The notes: generated by a model from the letters alone, not told the origin. Positions 21,952-31,837 are shown, counted from the first letter of the stretch. The stretch is 64,000 nt of DNA from an uncultured Chloroflexia bacterium (GCA_963707215.1 CAVPPB010000001.1:416001-480000); one strand, 5' to 3'. Numbers and translations: made by a program.

Positions 21952-22139
21952 GGCTCGGCTCCCATCGGCTCGGGCGCGCCGCTCGCAGCGCGTCGGACGG
22001 ACACGCCTCCCTGACGGACCCGCCGGTCCCCGGGTTCCCCTCCCGGGCGCCGGCGGCTCGGCCGGAGACCCACCGGCATCGGACCGACGACCCGCGGCCC
22101 ATCGCGCTGGGGCTCGATCGAATCGCTAGGCTGACCCCG

Positions 22140-22601
22140 ATGCGGATCCCCGAACCGCTCCCGGGACAGCCGGCCCTGCGTGTCGCCGCCTACGCCGTCT
22201 GCGCGGAGGGAGGACGGCTGCTCCTCTGTCGCATCGGGCCCGGCTACCCGGCCACGGGTCGATGGATGCTGCCCGGCGGCGGCCTGGAGTTCGGCGAGGC
22301 ACCCGAGGAAGCGGTGCTTCGCGAGCTCGTCGAGGAGACCGGGCTCGACGGTGTCGTCGAGGGACTCCTCGACGTCCGGTCCTGGCTGCTCTCCGCCGGC
22401 GTCGCCCCGCACGGGGGCCCGCTCCAGACGCTGGCCGTCCTGTACCGGGTCCGGATCGTCGGCGGGACGCTGCGGGATGAGCCCGCGGGATCGACCGACC
22501 GGGCCGCCTGGCTGGATGCCGACGCCATCTCGGCGGTCCGGCTGGCGCGGCCGGCCGCCCACGCGCTGGGCCTGATCGCCGCCGAGCTCGGGAGAGCCTA
22601 G
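22140..22601 (+). CDS. NUDIX hydrolase
   Basis: Nudix box PGGGLEFGEAPEEAVLRELVEETG; ATG 7 nt after TAGGCT. Confidence 0.93.
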   Translation: MRIPEPLPGQPALRVAAYAVCAEGGRLLLCRIGPGYPATGRWMLPGGGLEFGEAPEEAVLRELVEETGLDGVVEGLLDVRSWLLSAGVAPHGGPLQTLAVLYRVRIVGGTLRDEPAGSTDRAAWLDADAISAVRLARPAAHALGLIAAELGRA

Positions 22602-24010
22602 CCGGCGTCGGCGGTATCGACCGCCCGGGCGTCCCCGGGGGCGGCGGAGCCCATTCGATGCGGACCGACAGCCGGGTCGCCGGCCGGCTCCGCTGTCGCC
22701 TGGACGGCCGGGACCGTGGGGGCGTCGACCGGACGCGGACCGACGGCGGCCGCGACATCGCGCTGGGCGACCCGACCCCGCTCCGACCGGATCAGCCAGA
22801 TCGCGGCGATGGAAGCCACCGCCACGGTCACCCCGCCGCCGACGATGAAGCCCGCCCCCACCCCGGCGGCCGAGGCCAGCGCACCGATGATGAGGTTCCC
22901 GATCGGTGACGAACCGATGAAGACCGTCCCATACACGCTCATGACCCGGCCCCGGAGCTGGTCGGGCACGACCACCTGGATCGTCGAATTGCCCGACGTC
23001 AGCATCGTGATGGCCCCGAAGCCGGCTGCCGTCATGAGGACCAGGGCAAGGAAGAACATCCCGGACAGGCCGAGGAGGATCTGGGCGACCCCCAGGAGGA
23101 TCGCCCCGGCCGCCATCCTGGCCGGCCGCGGGGTCCCGACGAACGCCAGCCACAGGGCCGCGGTGAGCGAGCCGATGCCGGATGCCGCCATCAGGAAGCC
23201 GTAGCCCTCCGCGCCCAGATCCAGGACGTCCCGAGCGTAAACGGGGGCGAGGATGATGAAGTTCAGGCCGAAGGTCGAGGCCGATCCGACCACGACGAGG
23301 GCGAGCAGGACGATGGGCGTCCGGCGCACGTAGCCCAGCCCCTCGCCGAGCGCCCCGACGACCTCCCCGACCGAGCGCGGTCGGGCGACGGCGGGCGGGG
23401 GCAGCAGCTCGCTCGTCCGCATGAGCAACAGGGCGACGATCACGGCGCTGAAGCTGAGGGCGTTGATCAGGAACGCTGCCGCGACCCCGGTGGCCGCGAT
23501 GACGAGGCCGGCCAGGGCCGGACCCACGATCCGGGCGCCATTGAAGATCGCCGCGTTGAGGGCCACGGCCGCGGCGACGTCCTGGCGGCCGACCATCTCG
23601 ATCGAGAAGGCCTGGCGGACTGGCATGTCCACGGAGTTGCAGAGGCCCAGCAGCAGCGCCATCGCGACGACCATCCAGACCTCGACGAGCCCTGAGACCG
23701 TCAGCCCGAAGAGGACGAAGGCCAGCACCATCATCGCGAGCTGGGTCGCCACGAGCGTCGGCCGCTTGGGCAGCGCGTCGGCGACGAGTCCGCCGAACAG
23801 GCCGAGCACAAGGACCGGCAGGAACTGGGCCGCGAAGACGACCCCGATGAGGAAGGGATCCCCGGTCAGCTCGAGGACGAGCCAGGACTGGGCGACCGAC
23901 TGCATCCAGGTCCCGATGAGCGAGACCGTCTGGCCGCCGTACCAGAGTCGGAAGTTGCGGTGGCCGAAGACCCGGATGACCCCGGAGGACCCGAGGGGTC
24001 GAGCCCTCAC
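22598..24010 (-). CDS. MFS transporter (macrolide-efflux/MFS_3-like)
   Basis: RNFRLWYGGQTVSLIGTWMQ, FNGARIVGPALAG, PDQLRGRVMS. Confidence 0.92.
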   Translation of the reverse strand: MRARPLGSSGVIRVFGHRNFRLWYGGQTVSLIGTWMQSVAQSWLVLELTGDPFLIGVVFAAQFLPVLVLGLFGGLVADALPKRPTLVATQLAMMVLAFVLFGLTVSGLVEVWMVVAMALLLGLCNSVDMPVRQAFSIEMVGRQDVAAAVALNAAIFNGARIVGPALAGLVIAATGVAAAFLINALSFSAVIVALLLMRTSELLPPPAVARPRSVGEVVGALGEGLGYVRRTPIVLLALVVVGSASTFGLNFIILAPVYARDVLDLGAEGYGFLMAASGIGSLTAALWLAFVGTPRPARMAAGAILLGVAQILLGLSGMFFLALVLMTAAGFGAITMLTSGNSTIQVVVPDQLRGRVMSVYGTVFIGSSPIGNLIIGALASAAGVGAGFIVGGGVTVAVASIAAIWLIRSERGRVAQRDVAAAVGPRPVDAPTVPAVQATAEPAGDPAVGPHRMGSAAPGDARAVDTADAG

Positions 24011-24522
24011 GACGTCGCCTCTGCGGCCCCGGTCGCCGAGACCGGCGCTGCGGATCCCTCGACGAGGTCGCCGAGATGGCCCCGGAGATGGCGCCGGCGC
24101 TCCTCGGCCGCCTCGATCATGGCGGCGATCCGGTCGGCCTTGGTTCGCAGCATGGCCAGCTGGCGGTCGACCCGGGCCAGCGCGTCCTCGGCGATGGCCC
24201 GGCGCTCGAGCGGGTCCTCGGTCGCCCGGAAGCGCTCCCGGGCGTCGCGCCGAAGCGTCTCGTCCTCGAGCAGAAGGGCGATCTCGGCCAGCGAGAAGCC
24301 GGCGTCATCGCGGAGTCCCCTGATGAAGCGGAGGCGGTCCAGGTCGGAGGCGTCGTAGAGGCGATAGGCCCCGTCCGAGCGAGCCGCCGGACTCAGCAGC
24401 CCCAGCTCCTCGTAGTAGCGGATCGCCCTGGCCGTCAGGCCGGTCTCGGCAGCGACCTCGCGGATGCGCAGTAGGCGATCCTCGGGGCCCTGAGGGGGCT
24501 CGACGCCGTCGGGGGTGGACAC
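24007..24522 (-). CDS. MerR family transcriptional regulator
   Basis: IREVAAETGLTARAIRYYEELGLL...GAYRLY...GFSLAEI; overlaps MFS start. Confidence 0.93.
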   Translation of the reverse strand: MSTPDGVEPPQGPEDRLLRIREVAAETGLTARAIRYYEELGLLSPAARSDGAYRLYDASDLDRLRFIRGLRDDAGFSLAEIALLLEDETLRRDARERFRATEDPLERRAIAEDALARVDRQLAMLRTKADRIAAMIEAAEERRRHLRGHLGDLVEGSAAPVSATGAAEATS

Positions 24523-24539
24523 ACCGCGAGTCTACTCGA

Positions 24540-24561
24540 ACCTTGACGTTCGCGTAAAGGT
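24540..24561. promoter_or_regulatory. MerR-type operator in the merR-MFS promoter
   Basis: ACCTTGACG-TTCG-CGTAAAGGT dyad (1 mismatch); minus strand TTTACG-18nt-TAGACT-6nt-GTG. Confidence 0.65.
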
Positions 24562-24694
24562 AAAGGTCGTCGGGCGATGCGACGGGATCCCGGGAGAGGC
24601 CGCGGAGCCCAGCCGGTGCGCCTCCGGGGATGTCTTCGTCTTGGAGCGCGCTCATCGGCGCCAAGGTGCCGACCCAGGCTGCTACGCTCGCCGG

Positions 24695-26548
24695 ATGAGC
24701 ACGACCCGCCCCGCCCCGGCCTGGGAGCGCCGCTTCCGGACCCCCCTTCTCGGCTTTCCCGCGTGGACGTCCGCGGCCCCAGACCGGCTGGTCGCCTGGT
24801 CCACCGAGAGCGGCACCTACCAGGTCCATGCCTGGGACGCGGCCAGCGGCGAGCGGCGACGGCTCAGCGACGAGGCGGTCGGGGTGACCGAGGCGATCGT
24901 GACCCCCGACGGCCAGGGTGTCGTCTGGTTCGCCGACGAATCGGGCGACGAGGCCGGTCGCTTCGTCGTCGTGCCCTGGACGGGCGGGCCGCCGCGGCCG
25001 TACGTCGAGGGCGTGCCGCACGGCTGGAACGAGGGGATCTCCGCCCACGCGGACCGGGTGGCCGTGGCGGTCTCGAACGCCGATGGCTTCGGCGTCTACA
25101 TCGCCGAGACCGGACAGGCCGCCCGCCTCCTCCACCGTCACCCCGAGTCCGTCCGGATCGGCGGCGGGCTCATCTACGGCGGCTTCGCGACCGACCGGGC
25201 CGGGCTGTCGGCGGACGGGACGCTCCTCGCCCTCGAGCACAGCGAGCACGGCGACCTCATCCACCAGGCCCTCCGGGTGATCGACGCGCGGACCGGAGCG
25301 ACCGTCGGCGAGCTGGCCGACGAGGGCCGGGAGCTGGCCGCGGCCGCCTGGTCGCCGATCCCCGGGGACCGCCGGCTGGCCATCGCCCACGAGCGGGACG
25401 GCGAACGAGCCCCGGCCATCTGGGATCTCGCGACGGGCGAGATGGCGCCGCTCCGGACGGGGCTGACCGGCTTCGTCGAGCCGGTCGACTGGTGGCCCGA
25501 CGGGAGCGCGCTCCTCCTCATCGAGCTGATCGAAGGTCGCGACCGCGTGCACCGCCTCGACCTCGCGACGATGGGCCTGGAGACCCTGGCCACGCTGCCG
25601 GGGACGATCATCGGGGCCAGGGTCCGACCCGACGGGTCGGTCTGGTACCGCCACGAGTCGGGCGAGCATCCGCCGCGGATCCTGGCCGTCGGCCGGGCCG
25701 AGCCGATCCTGGAGGCCGAGGTCGGGGCGCCCGGCCGCCCGTACCGCGACTGGGCCTTCCGCAACCCGCATGGCCAGGAGGTCCACGGGTTCATCGTCGA
25801 GCCCGAGGGCCCGGGCCCGCACCCGACGATGATGTACGTCCATGGCGGGCCGACCTGGCTCGACCTCGACGAGTGGGATCCCTGGGTCCAGGCCTTCGTC
25901 GACGCCGGCTTCCTCGTCGGCCTGGTGAACTACCGCGGATCCGTCGGCTTCGGGCGGGAGTGGCGGGACGCCCTCATCGGCGACATCGGTCGGCCGGAGA
26001 CCGAGGACATCCTCGCCGGGCACGACGACCTCGTCGCCCGCGGGCTTGCGGACCCGGCCCGGACCGCCATCGGAGGCTGGTCCTGGGGCGGCTATCTGAC
26101 CCTCTTCGTGGCCGGCACCCACCCTGAGCGCTTCGCGGCTGGTGTCGCCGGCGTGCCCGTCGGCGACTACGCCGCCGGCTACGAGGACCTCTCGCCGCTC
26201 CTCCAGGCCTACGACCGCGCCCTTCTCGGTGGCTCGCCCGAGGACGTCCCAGACCTCGTGGCCGATCGCTCGCCGATCACCTACGTCGACGACGTCCGGA
26301 TGCCGCTCCTCATCCTCGCCGGCGAGAACGACAGCCGCTGCCCCATCCGCCAGGTCATGAACTACGTCGAGCGTCTGCGGGCGCGCGGCGCGGACCACGA
26401 GCTGTACCGCTTCGGGACCGGGCACGGCTCGATGGTCATCGACGAGAAGGTCCGCCAGGCCGGGTTGATCCTCGACTTCCTGGCCCGTCGGGTCCCTGGC
26501 GCCGACCGGCTGCCGCCGCCCACCGTCGACCTGCCCGGGACGACCTGA
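24695..26548 (+). CDS. S9 family (prolyl oligopeptidase/acylaminoacyl) peptidase
   Basis: VHGGP, NYRGS, GWSWGG, GENDSRC, GHG triad; beta-propeller-like N-terminus. Confidence 0.93.
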   Translation: MSTTRPAPAWERRFRTPLLGFPAWTSAAPDRLVAWSTESGTYQVHAWDAASGERRRLSDEAVGVTEAIVTPDGQGVVWFADESGDEAGRFVVVPWTGGPPRPYVEGVPHGWNEGISAHADRVAVAVSNADGFGVYIAETGQAARLLHRHPESVRIGGGLIYGGFATDRAGLSADGTLLALEHSEHGDLIHQALRVIDARTGATVGELADEGRELAAAAWSPIPGDRRLAIAHERDGERAPAIWDLATGEMAPLRTGLTGFVEPVDWWPDGSALLLIELIEGRDRVHRLDLATMGLETLATLPGTIIGARVRPDGSVWYRHESGEHPPRILAVGRAEPILEAEVGAPGRPYRDWAFRNPHGQEVHGFIVEPEGPGPHPTMMYVHGGPTWLDLDEWDPWVQAFVDAGFLVGLVNYRGSVGFGREWRDALIGDIGRPETEDILAGHDDLVARGLADPARTAIGGWSWGGYLTLFVAGTHPERFAAGVAGVPVGDYAAGYEDLSPLLQAYDRALLGGSPEDVPDLVADRSPITYVDDVRMPLLILAGENDSRCPIRQVMNYVERLRARGADHELYRFGTGHGSMVIDEKVRQAGLILDFLARRVPGADRLPPPTVDLPGTT

Positions 26549-26560
26549 CCCGGTGCCGGG

Positions 26561-27652
26561 TCACCCGGCCGCTCGACCAAAGGCGTAATGCTGCTCGCCC
26601 GGGCGACAGGGATTGCCGCGACCGAACCGGACCTCGCCCGTGGTGACGTCGGCGACGCACCAGAAGACGGTCTTTGAACCAATCCCGCTCGCGTGGTGTC
26701 GGCAGATCGCCGGCTCAGTGGCGTGGTCCGACAGGAACCCGCGCATCGTCGCGGGGTCGACGCTGCCGGGTGCTGCGGCCGCAAGGAGCTCGGTCGCACG
26801 GGCGTGGCGGACGGCCGACCGGCGGGCGTAGGCCCGGTCGCCCTCGAAGCGGGTCATCCGGGCACAGGCGTAATGGTTGGCGTGAGCCAGCCAGCCGCCG
26901 GGCCCGAGCCCGCTCACCTCGGCGTCGGTCGCCGAGCCCTCGACGTTCGCGACGCCCCCGTCGGCGGTCGCCAAGACGGTGTTGTACGAGGAGGCCCGGT
27001 CGGCGCGGAGGGCCATGCCGATCGCCTCGCCCATCGTCCGGGCGGTGAGCTGCTCGCGGACCATCAGCAGCCGCGGCACGCCGACGCGCTCGTCGTTGGG
27101 CGACAGCTCGTTGCCGGTCAGCGAGAGGCCGGCGTCGTTCCAGCCGACGCTGATCCACGGCCCGATGCCCAGGCTCAAGACGACTGGCTCGCCGGGCACC
27201 CGCCACTCGATGGCGACGACCTCGTCCTCGGCGCGCGGCGCGAGGTCGTTGTCGTGGCCGACGATGACGTGGCCGTCGACGGTCAGCGGCGGGCCGGCGA
27301 CGAGATCGGTGCAGCGGCCCGTGACCGGTGCCGTGGCCTGCGACGGGCGGACGGTCCAGATCTCCTCGATCGAGGCGGCGAAGAGGGCCAGCGGGTCGAC
27401 GCCGGCCCCCTCGGCGGCGCCGTCGAGCTCCTCGACGAGCCAGGGGCTGGCGGCGCGGGTCGCGGCGCGGTAGTGCGACGCCAGCTCGAGCTGCTCGGCC
27501 AGAGTCCTGCCGTCGGGGATCGGCCCCTCGAAGGCGACCGCCCGGTGGAGCACCTCGGCCGTCGCCTCGCCCACCTGGCGGCCGACCTCGCGGTGGCTGC
27601 CGGTGACGGTCAGCAGCGGGATCGGATCGGCCGGCGTCGATGGTTCGACCAC
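26561..27652 (-). CDS. Peptidase C45 (Ntn-hydrolase, acyl-CoA:IPN acyltransferase-like)
   Basis: GRCTDL autoproteolysis site, GHDND, GWNDAGL, HANHY. Confidence 0.85.
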   Translation of the reverse strand: MVEPSTPADPIPLLTVTGSHREVGRQVGEATAEVLHRAVAFEGPIPDGRTLAEQLELASHYRAATRAASPWLVEELDGAAEGAGVDPLALFAASIEEIWTVRPSQATAPVTGRCTDLVAGPPLTVDGHVIVGHDNDLAPRAEDEVVAIEWRVPGEPVVLSLGIGPWISVGWNDAGLSLTGNELSPNDERVGVPRLLMVREQLTARTMGEAIGMALRADRASSYNTVLATADGGVANVEGSATDAEVSGLGPGGWLAHANHYACARMTRFEGDRAYARRSAVRHARATELLAAAAPGSVDPATMRGFLSDHATEPAICRHHASGIGSKTVFWCVADVTTGEVRFGRGNPCRPGEQHYAFGRAAG

Positions 27653-27662
27653 GGCGGGACCG

Positions 27663-28646
27663 TCAGTCGAGGGTGAAGTCGTCCGGGTCGGCGTAGGCCC
27701 CGGTCCGTTCCTTCTCGAGCTGCATCAGGACGTCGTTGAGCAGGCTCGAGGCTCCGAAGCGGAAGCGCTCCGGGGTCATCCACCGCGGGCCGAGCGTCTC
27801 GTAGAGGACGACGAGGTACTGGATCGCTTCCTTGGCCGTCCGGATCCCGCCGGCCGGCTTCATCCCGACGGCCCGGCCGGTGGCGGCCTCGAAGTCGCGG
27901 ATCGCCTCGAGCATCACCAGCGTGACGGGCAGCGTGGCCGCGGGGCTGACCTTGCCCGTCGAGGTCTTGATGAAGTCGGCCCCGGCCGCCATCGCCAGGA
28001 CCGAGGCCCGCCGGACGGCATCGTATGTACCCAGCTCGCCGGTCTCGAGGATGACCTTCAGATGGGCCTCGCCGGCGGCATCCTTGATCGCCACGATCTC
28101 GTCGAAGACCGTCCGGTAATCACCGGAAAGGAATGCACCGCGGTCGATCACCATGTCGACCTCGTCGGCCCCGGCGTCCACGGCGGCCCGGGTCTCGGCG
28201 AGCTTGATGTCGAGGAACGTCTGGCCCGACGGGAAGCCGGTCGCCACGGAAGCGACCCGGACCTGGGAGCCTCGCAGCGCCTCCTTCGCCTCGGCGACGA
28301 GCGCCGGGTAGACGCAGACGGCCGCCACCGACGGGATGGACGGGTCGCCGGGCATCGGCCGGACGGCCTTGGCGCAGAGGGCCCGCACCTTGCCCGACGT
28401 GTCCTTGCCCTCGAGGGTCGTCAGGTCGATCATCCGGACCGCAAGATCGAGTGCCCAGACCTTCGAGGCCCGCTTGATCGATCGCTTCTTGAGGGCGTCC
28501 ACGCGCTGCTCAGCGGCGACCTGGTCGACCGGGCTCACCCGGCCGAGCATCCCGGCCAGCGAGCCGGGACGGGCATCCCAGGCCAGGACAAGCTCGTTGG
28601 CCCGGGTCCGGGCCGCGGAATCGCGAGGCGTGGTCGCGGTCGTCAT
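27663..28646 (-). CDS. deoC: Deoxyribose-phosphate aldolase (long form)
   Basis: IDLTTLEG, VATGFPSG, LKVILETGEL, ADFIKTSTGK, KPAGGIRT, RFGASSLL. Confidence 0.96.
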   Translation of the reverse strand: MTTATTPRDSAARTRANELVLAWDARPGSLAGMLGRVSPVDQVAAEQRVDALKKRSIKRASKVWALDLAVRMIDLTTLEGKDTSGKVRALCAKAVRPMPGDPSIPSVAAVCVYPALVAEAKEALRGSQVRVASVATGFPSGQTFLDIKLAETRAAVDAGADEVDMVIDRGAFLSGDYRTVFDEIVAIKDAAGEAHLKVILETGELGTYDAVRRASVLAMAAGADFIKTSTGKVSPAATLPVTLVMLEAIRDFEAATGRAVGMKPAGGIRTAKEAIQYLVVLYETLGPRWMTPERFRFGASSLLNDVLMQLEKERTGAYADPDDFTLD

Positions 28647-28706
28647 GGGACGGGAAGGATACACCCGCCCGTCATGGCCGCCGAGAGCCCTCGCGACCCG
28701 TGGCGA

Positions 28707-30857
28707 TCAGGCGCCGGCCCGCTGCCGGGGCTTCGGCGGGAGTCGTCGCCCGTCGTCGACGAGATACCAGCGGAACCAATCACGGACCTGCTCGAGATGG
28801 GCGACCCGGCGGTACGGTGTCCCTGAGCGGGTGAGCTCGTGCGTCTCCCCGGGCACCCGCATGAGGCGTACCGGCCGGCCCAGCGAGCGCAGGACCGTGA
28901 AGAGCGACTCCGCCTGGGCCACCGTGGTCCGGATGTCGTCCTCCGCGTGCTGGATCAGCAGCGGGGTCCGGATGCCCGACGCGTAGGTCAGCGGCGAGAT
29001 CCGCGCGTAGAGCGCGAGATCCTCCCACGGCGCGACCCCGAACTCGAGACGGGCCCAGTCGCCGGAGGCGATGTCCCCGGTCAGCATGAGCGTCGTCATG
29101 TCGCTGACCCCACGACAGGTCATGGCGGCCCGGAAGCGGTCGTCGTGGGCGATGATCCAGGTCGTGAGGTAGCCCCCATACGAGCCCCCCGTGACACCGA
29201 GCCGATCCGGATCGGCCCGCCCCTCGGCGACCAGGTCGTCTACCCCGGCCAGCACGTCGCGCATGGGCCCATCGCCCCAGTCGCCGGCGTTGGCGGCGTT
29301 GAAGGCCTGGCCGTAGCCCTCCGACCCGCGCGGATTGGCAGCGTAGACCCCGATCCCCTGCCCGGCCAGGACCTGCCACTCCCACATCGGCGCCCAGCCG
29401 TACAGCGTGTGCGGCCCACCATGGATCTCCAGGACGAGCGGCGCCTCGCGGGGTCCGGCGGTCGCGTCGCCGGGGATCGGCGGGTAGTACCAGCCCTGGA
29501 TCCGCCGTCCGTCCACCTCGGACCAACGCTCCTCGGGCTCGACGAGCGCGACGCCGTCGAGGAGGTCGCGGTGCAGGTCGGTCAGGCGGCGGGGCTTGAG
29601 CGAGCCGCGGACCCGGCCGGCCGGGACGTCGACCAGGTGGAGGTCGGCCGGTGAGGTCGCCGTCGCGATGAGCAGCGCGACCCGGGTCGAGCCCCGGGGC
29701 CCCGGGACCGCGTCGACCGACACGACATAGTGGCGTCCCTGCGTGAGGCGCTCGACAGAGCCGTCGGCGACGGCGATCCGCCAGAGCTCGTACGAACCAT
29801 CGACGGGGGCCGTGAAGAGGATCCAGCGCCCGTCGGCCGTCGGCAGCAATCGCTCGCCACGACCGGGCGAGAGGTCGCTGTTCATCGTGGACCCCGGCAT
29901 GAGGTCATGGGCGCCGCTGAGGTTCCGGCCGCCGGTCCGGAGATCATCCGAGCCGTCGGCAGCGAACAGCCAGACGTCCGCCCTGCTACCGGCGCCGACA
30001 GGGAAGCGGTGGCCCAGGAGGGCCAGGGTGCGCCCGTCCGGCAGCCAGGTCGGCTCGAAGAAGACCCCGCCACCGCCGGTGATCCGGGTGACCCGGCCGC
30101 TGGCGACCTCGACCACCCAGACGTCGCTCTGGAACGTCTTGTCCGCGCCGGGTCGTCGATCCGCGACGAAGGCGACCCGGCTGCCGTCGGGGGACCAGGC
30201 CGGCGACTCCTCACTGGTCCGGCCTCGGGTGAGCTGGCGGGCCTCGCCGGTCCCGGCGTCGACGATCCAGAGGTGCGATACACGGTCGTCGATGAAGCCT
30301 CGACCGTTGTAGAGGTACCCGAGCCGGTCGAGGTAGCGGATGTCGGAGCGGGGCGGACGTCCCGGCTCCGACTCGCCGAGCCGGCGCAGCCGGGCGTCGC
30401 GGCGGCGATCGGCGGCCAGCGAAGTCGTCGAGACCAGGAGATAGCGTCCATCCGGCGACCACGACAGGCCGTCGACCCCCCGAGGCAGATCGGTCAGGCG
30501 ACGGGCCTCGCCGCCATCTACCGGCAGGAGGTGGACCTGGCTGCCGTCCTCGCGCTTCGCCGGATCGCGGTCGACGCCGGGCGGTGGGTCCTCCACGAAC
30601 AGCCGGCGGTCCGACAGGAAGGCCAGGGTCCGGCCGTCCGGCGACGGTCGGGCATGGAGATCGCGCCGGGAGCCGAGGGTGACCTGCCGGGTCGCGCCGT
30701 CATCCAGGCCGACGCTCCAGATCGCCTGACGGTAGCCGTCGAAGCCGGGCGCCACCGTCGCGATCGTCATCGTCGCAGACCGCCCGTCGGGCGACAGCCG
30801 CGGGCCGGTGGGGACCCGCAGTCGGTACAGGTCGTCGGGCGAGGCTGGTCGGGGCAT
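28707..30857 (-). CDS. S9 family peptidase with TolB/PD40 repeats
   Basis: WSPDG repeats, IHGGPH, NPRGSEGYG, GGSYGG, DDIRT, ETHEL. Confidence 0.93.
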   Translation of the reverse strand: MPRPASPDDLYRLRVPTGPRLSPDGRSATMTIATVAPGFDGYRQAIWSVGLDDGATRQVTLGSRRDLHARPSPDGRTLAFLSDRRLFVEDPPPGVDRDPAKREDGSQVHLLPVDGGEARRLTDLPRGVDGLSWSPDGRYLLVSTTSLAADRRRDARLRRLGESEPGRPPRSDIRYLDRLGYLYNGRGFIDDRVSHLWIVDAGTGEARQLTRGRTSEESPAWSPDGSRVAFVADRRPGADKTFQSDVWVVEVASGRVTRITGGGGVFFEPTWLPDGRTLALLGHRFPVGAGSRADVWLFAADGSDDLRTGGRNLSGAHDLMPGSTMNSDLSPGRGERLLPTADGRWILFTAPVDGSYELWRIAVADGSVERLTQGRHYVVSVDAVPGPRGSTRVALLIATATSPADLHLVDVPAGRVRGSLKPRRLTDLHRDLLDGVALVEPEERWSEVDGRRIQGWYYPPIPGDATAGPREAPLVLEIHGGPHTLYGWAPMWEWQVLAGQGIGVYAANPRGSEGYGQAFNAANAGDWGDGPMRDVLAGVDDLVAEGRADPDRLGVTGGSYGGYLTTWIIAHDDRFRAAMTCRGVSDMTTLMLTGDIASGDWARLEFGVAPWEDLALYARISPLTYASGIRTPLLIQHAEDDIRTTVAQAESLFTVLRSLGRPVRLMRVPGETHELTRSGTPYRRVAHLEQVRDWFRWYLVDDGRRLPPKPRQRAGA

Positions 30858-30958
30858 CCACTCCTCCCGGGTTCCTTCGGGCAATCGGGCCCGGGCCGGC
30901 CGCCAGTCTAGCGGCTACCATCGAGTGCGATGCGCCCTCTCGGGCCCCGGTGCGAGCC

Positions 30959-31762
30959 ATGACCGACCAGCTGTCGCTCGACCTCGACGACGCCCTGCCC
31001 CATCCTCCGAGCCTCCTTCGACCGATGCTGCCTCGTCCGGCCGCCGAGCCGTTCGACAGCGCCGATCACCTCTTCGAGCCGAGCTGGGGTGGGCGGCGGG
31101 CCCTCGCGTTCCTCGAGCCGGCGGTGGAGCGCGATGCAGGGGGTCGCTGGCTGACGGCGACCGGGGGGCCATCGCTCCGCCTCCTCGATGCCGGCGGGAC
31201 CGACCTGGCCGGGCTCGCCCCCGAGCTCGACGAGCTGGCGCTCCGGGTCGAGGCCCGGTCCGCGGTCCTCGATGGCGAGATCGTCGCCACCGAGCCGTCG
31301 GGTCGGGCGGATCGCGGCGCCCTCGACGTCCGTCTGGGCGGTCGCCCCGGCCCTCCGCTGACCTACCTCGTCTTCGACCTCCTCTACCTGGACGGCCGGC
31401 CGCTCCTGGGGCAGCCACTGGCTCGCCGGCGCGAGGCCCTGCGGCGGATCGTCCGGCCGGGACCGGAGATCGTGGCGGTCCCGGCGATCCCGGGCGAGGG
31501 ACGGGCCCTCCACGATGCGGTCACCGCCCAGGGGCTCGCCGGCGTGCTCGCCCGGCAGCGGGCCAGCCCCTACCTGCCGGGGGTCCGCAGCCGCCTCTGG
31601 CGTTCGATCACCGCCGGGGCTCCCATCCTGTCGTCGGCGTCGACGGGCGACCATGCGGATGCGCCACCGGGGTCGGACGCGGCGGGCGCCGACGTGCCGG
31701 CGCTCGGCCGAGGCTCCATCCTGGCGGTGATCCGCAAGCTCCCGCTGGAGGACGAGCCGTAG
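30959..31762 (+). CDS. ATP-dependent DNA ligase adenylation-domain homologue, catalytically degenerate, no OB domain
   Basis: RPML, FEPSWGGRR (motif I KxDG lost), VLDGEIV, YLVFDLLYLDG, PLARRREAL, GLAGVLAR, SPYLPGVRSRLW. Confidence 0.85.
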   Translation: MTDQLSLDLDDALPHPPSLLRPMLPRPAAEPFDSADHLFEPSWGGRRALAFLEPAVERDAGGRWLTATGGPSLRLLDAGGTDLAGLAPELDELALRVEARSAVLDGEIVATEPSGRADRGALDVRLGGRPGPPLTYLVFDLLYLDGRPLLGQPLARRREALRRIVRPGPEIVAVPAIPGEGRALHDAVTAQGLAGVLARQRASPYLPGVRSRLWRSITAGAPILSSASTGDHADAPPGSDAAGADVPALGRGSILAVIRKLPLEDEP

Positions 31763-31837
31763 CCGACGTCCGGGCGGATCGATAGGCTCGGTCGTGGTGA
31801 TCGGACCAGGAGGTGAGCCGGCGGCGAGCCGAGGCGC

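Noticed and set aside
24537-24552. CGAAC...GTTCG as a LexA (SOS) box
   Set aside because: The spacer is 6 nt, not the GAAC-N4-GTTC pattern, and the MerR dyad explains it better. No SOS box was seen upstream of the pseudo-ligase either.
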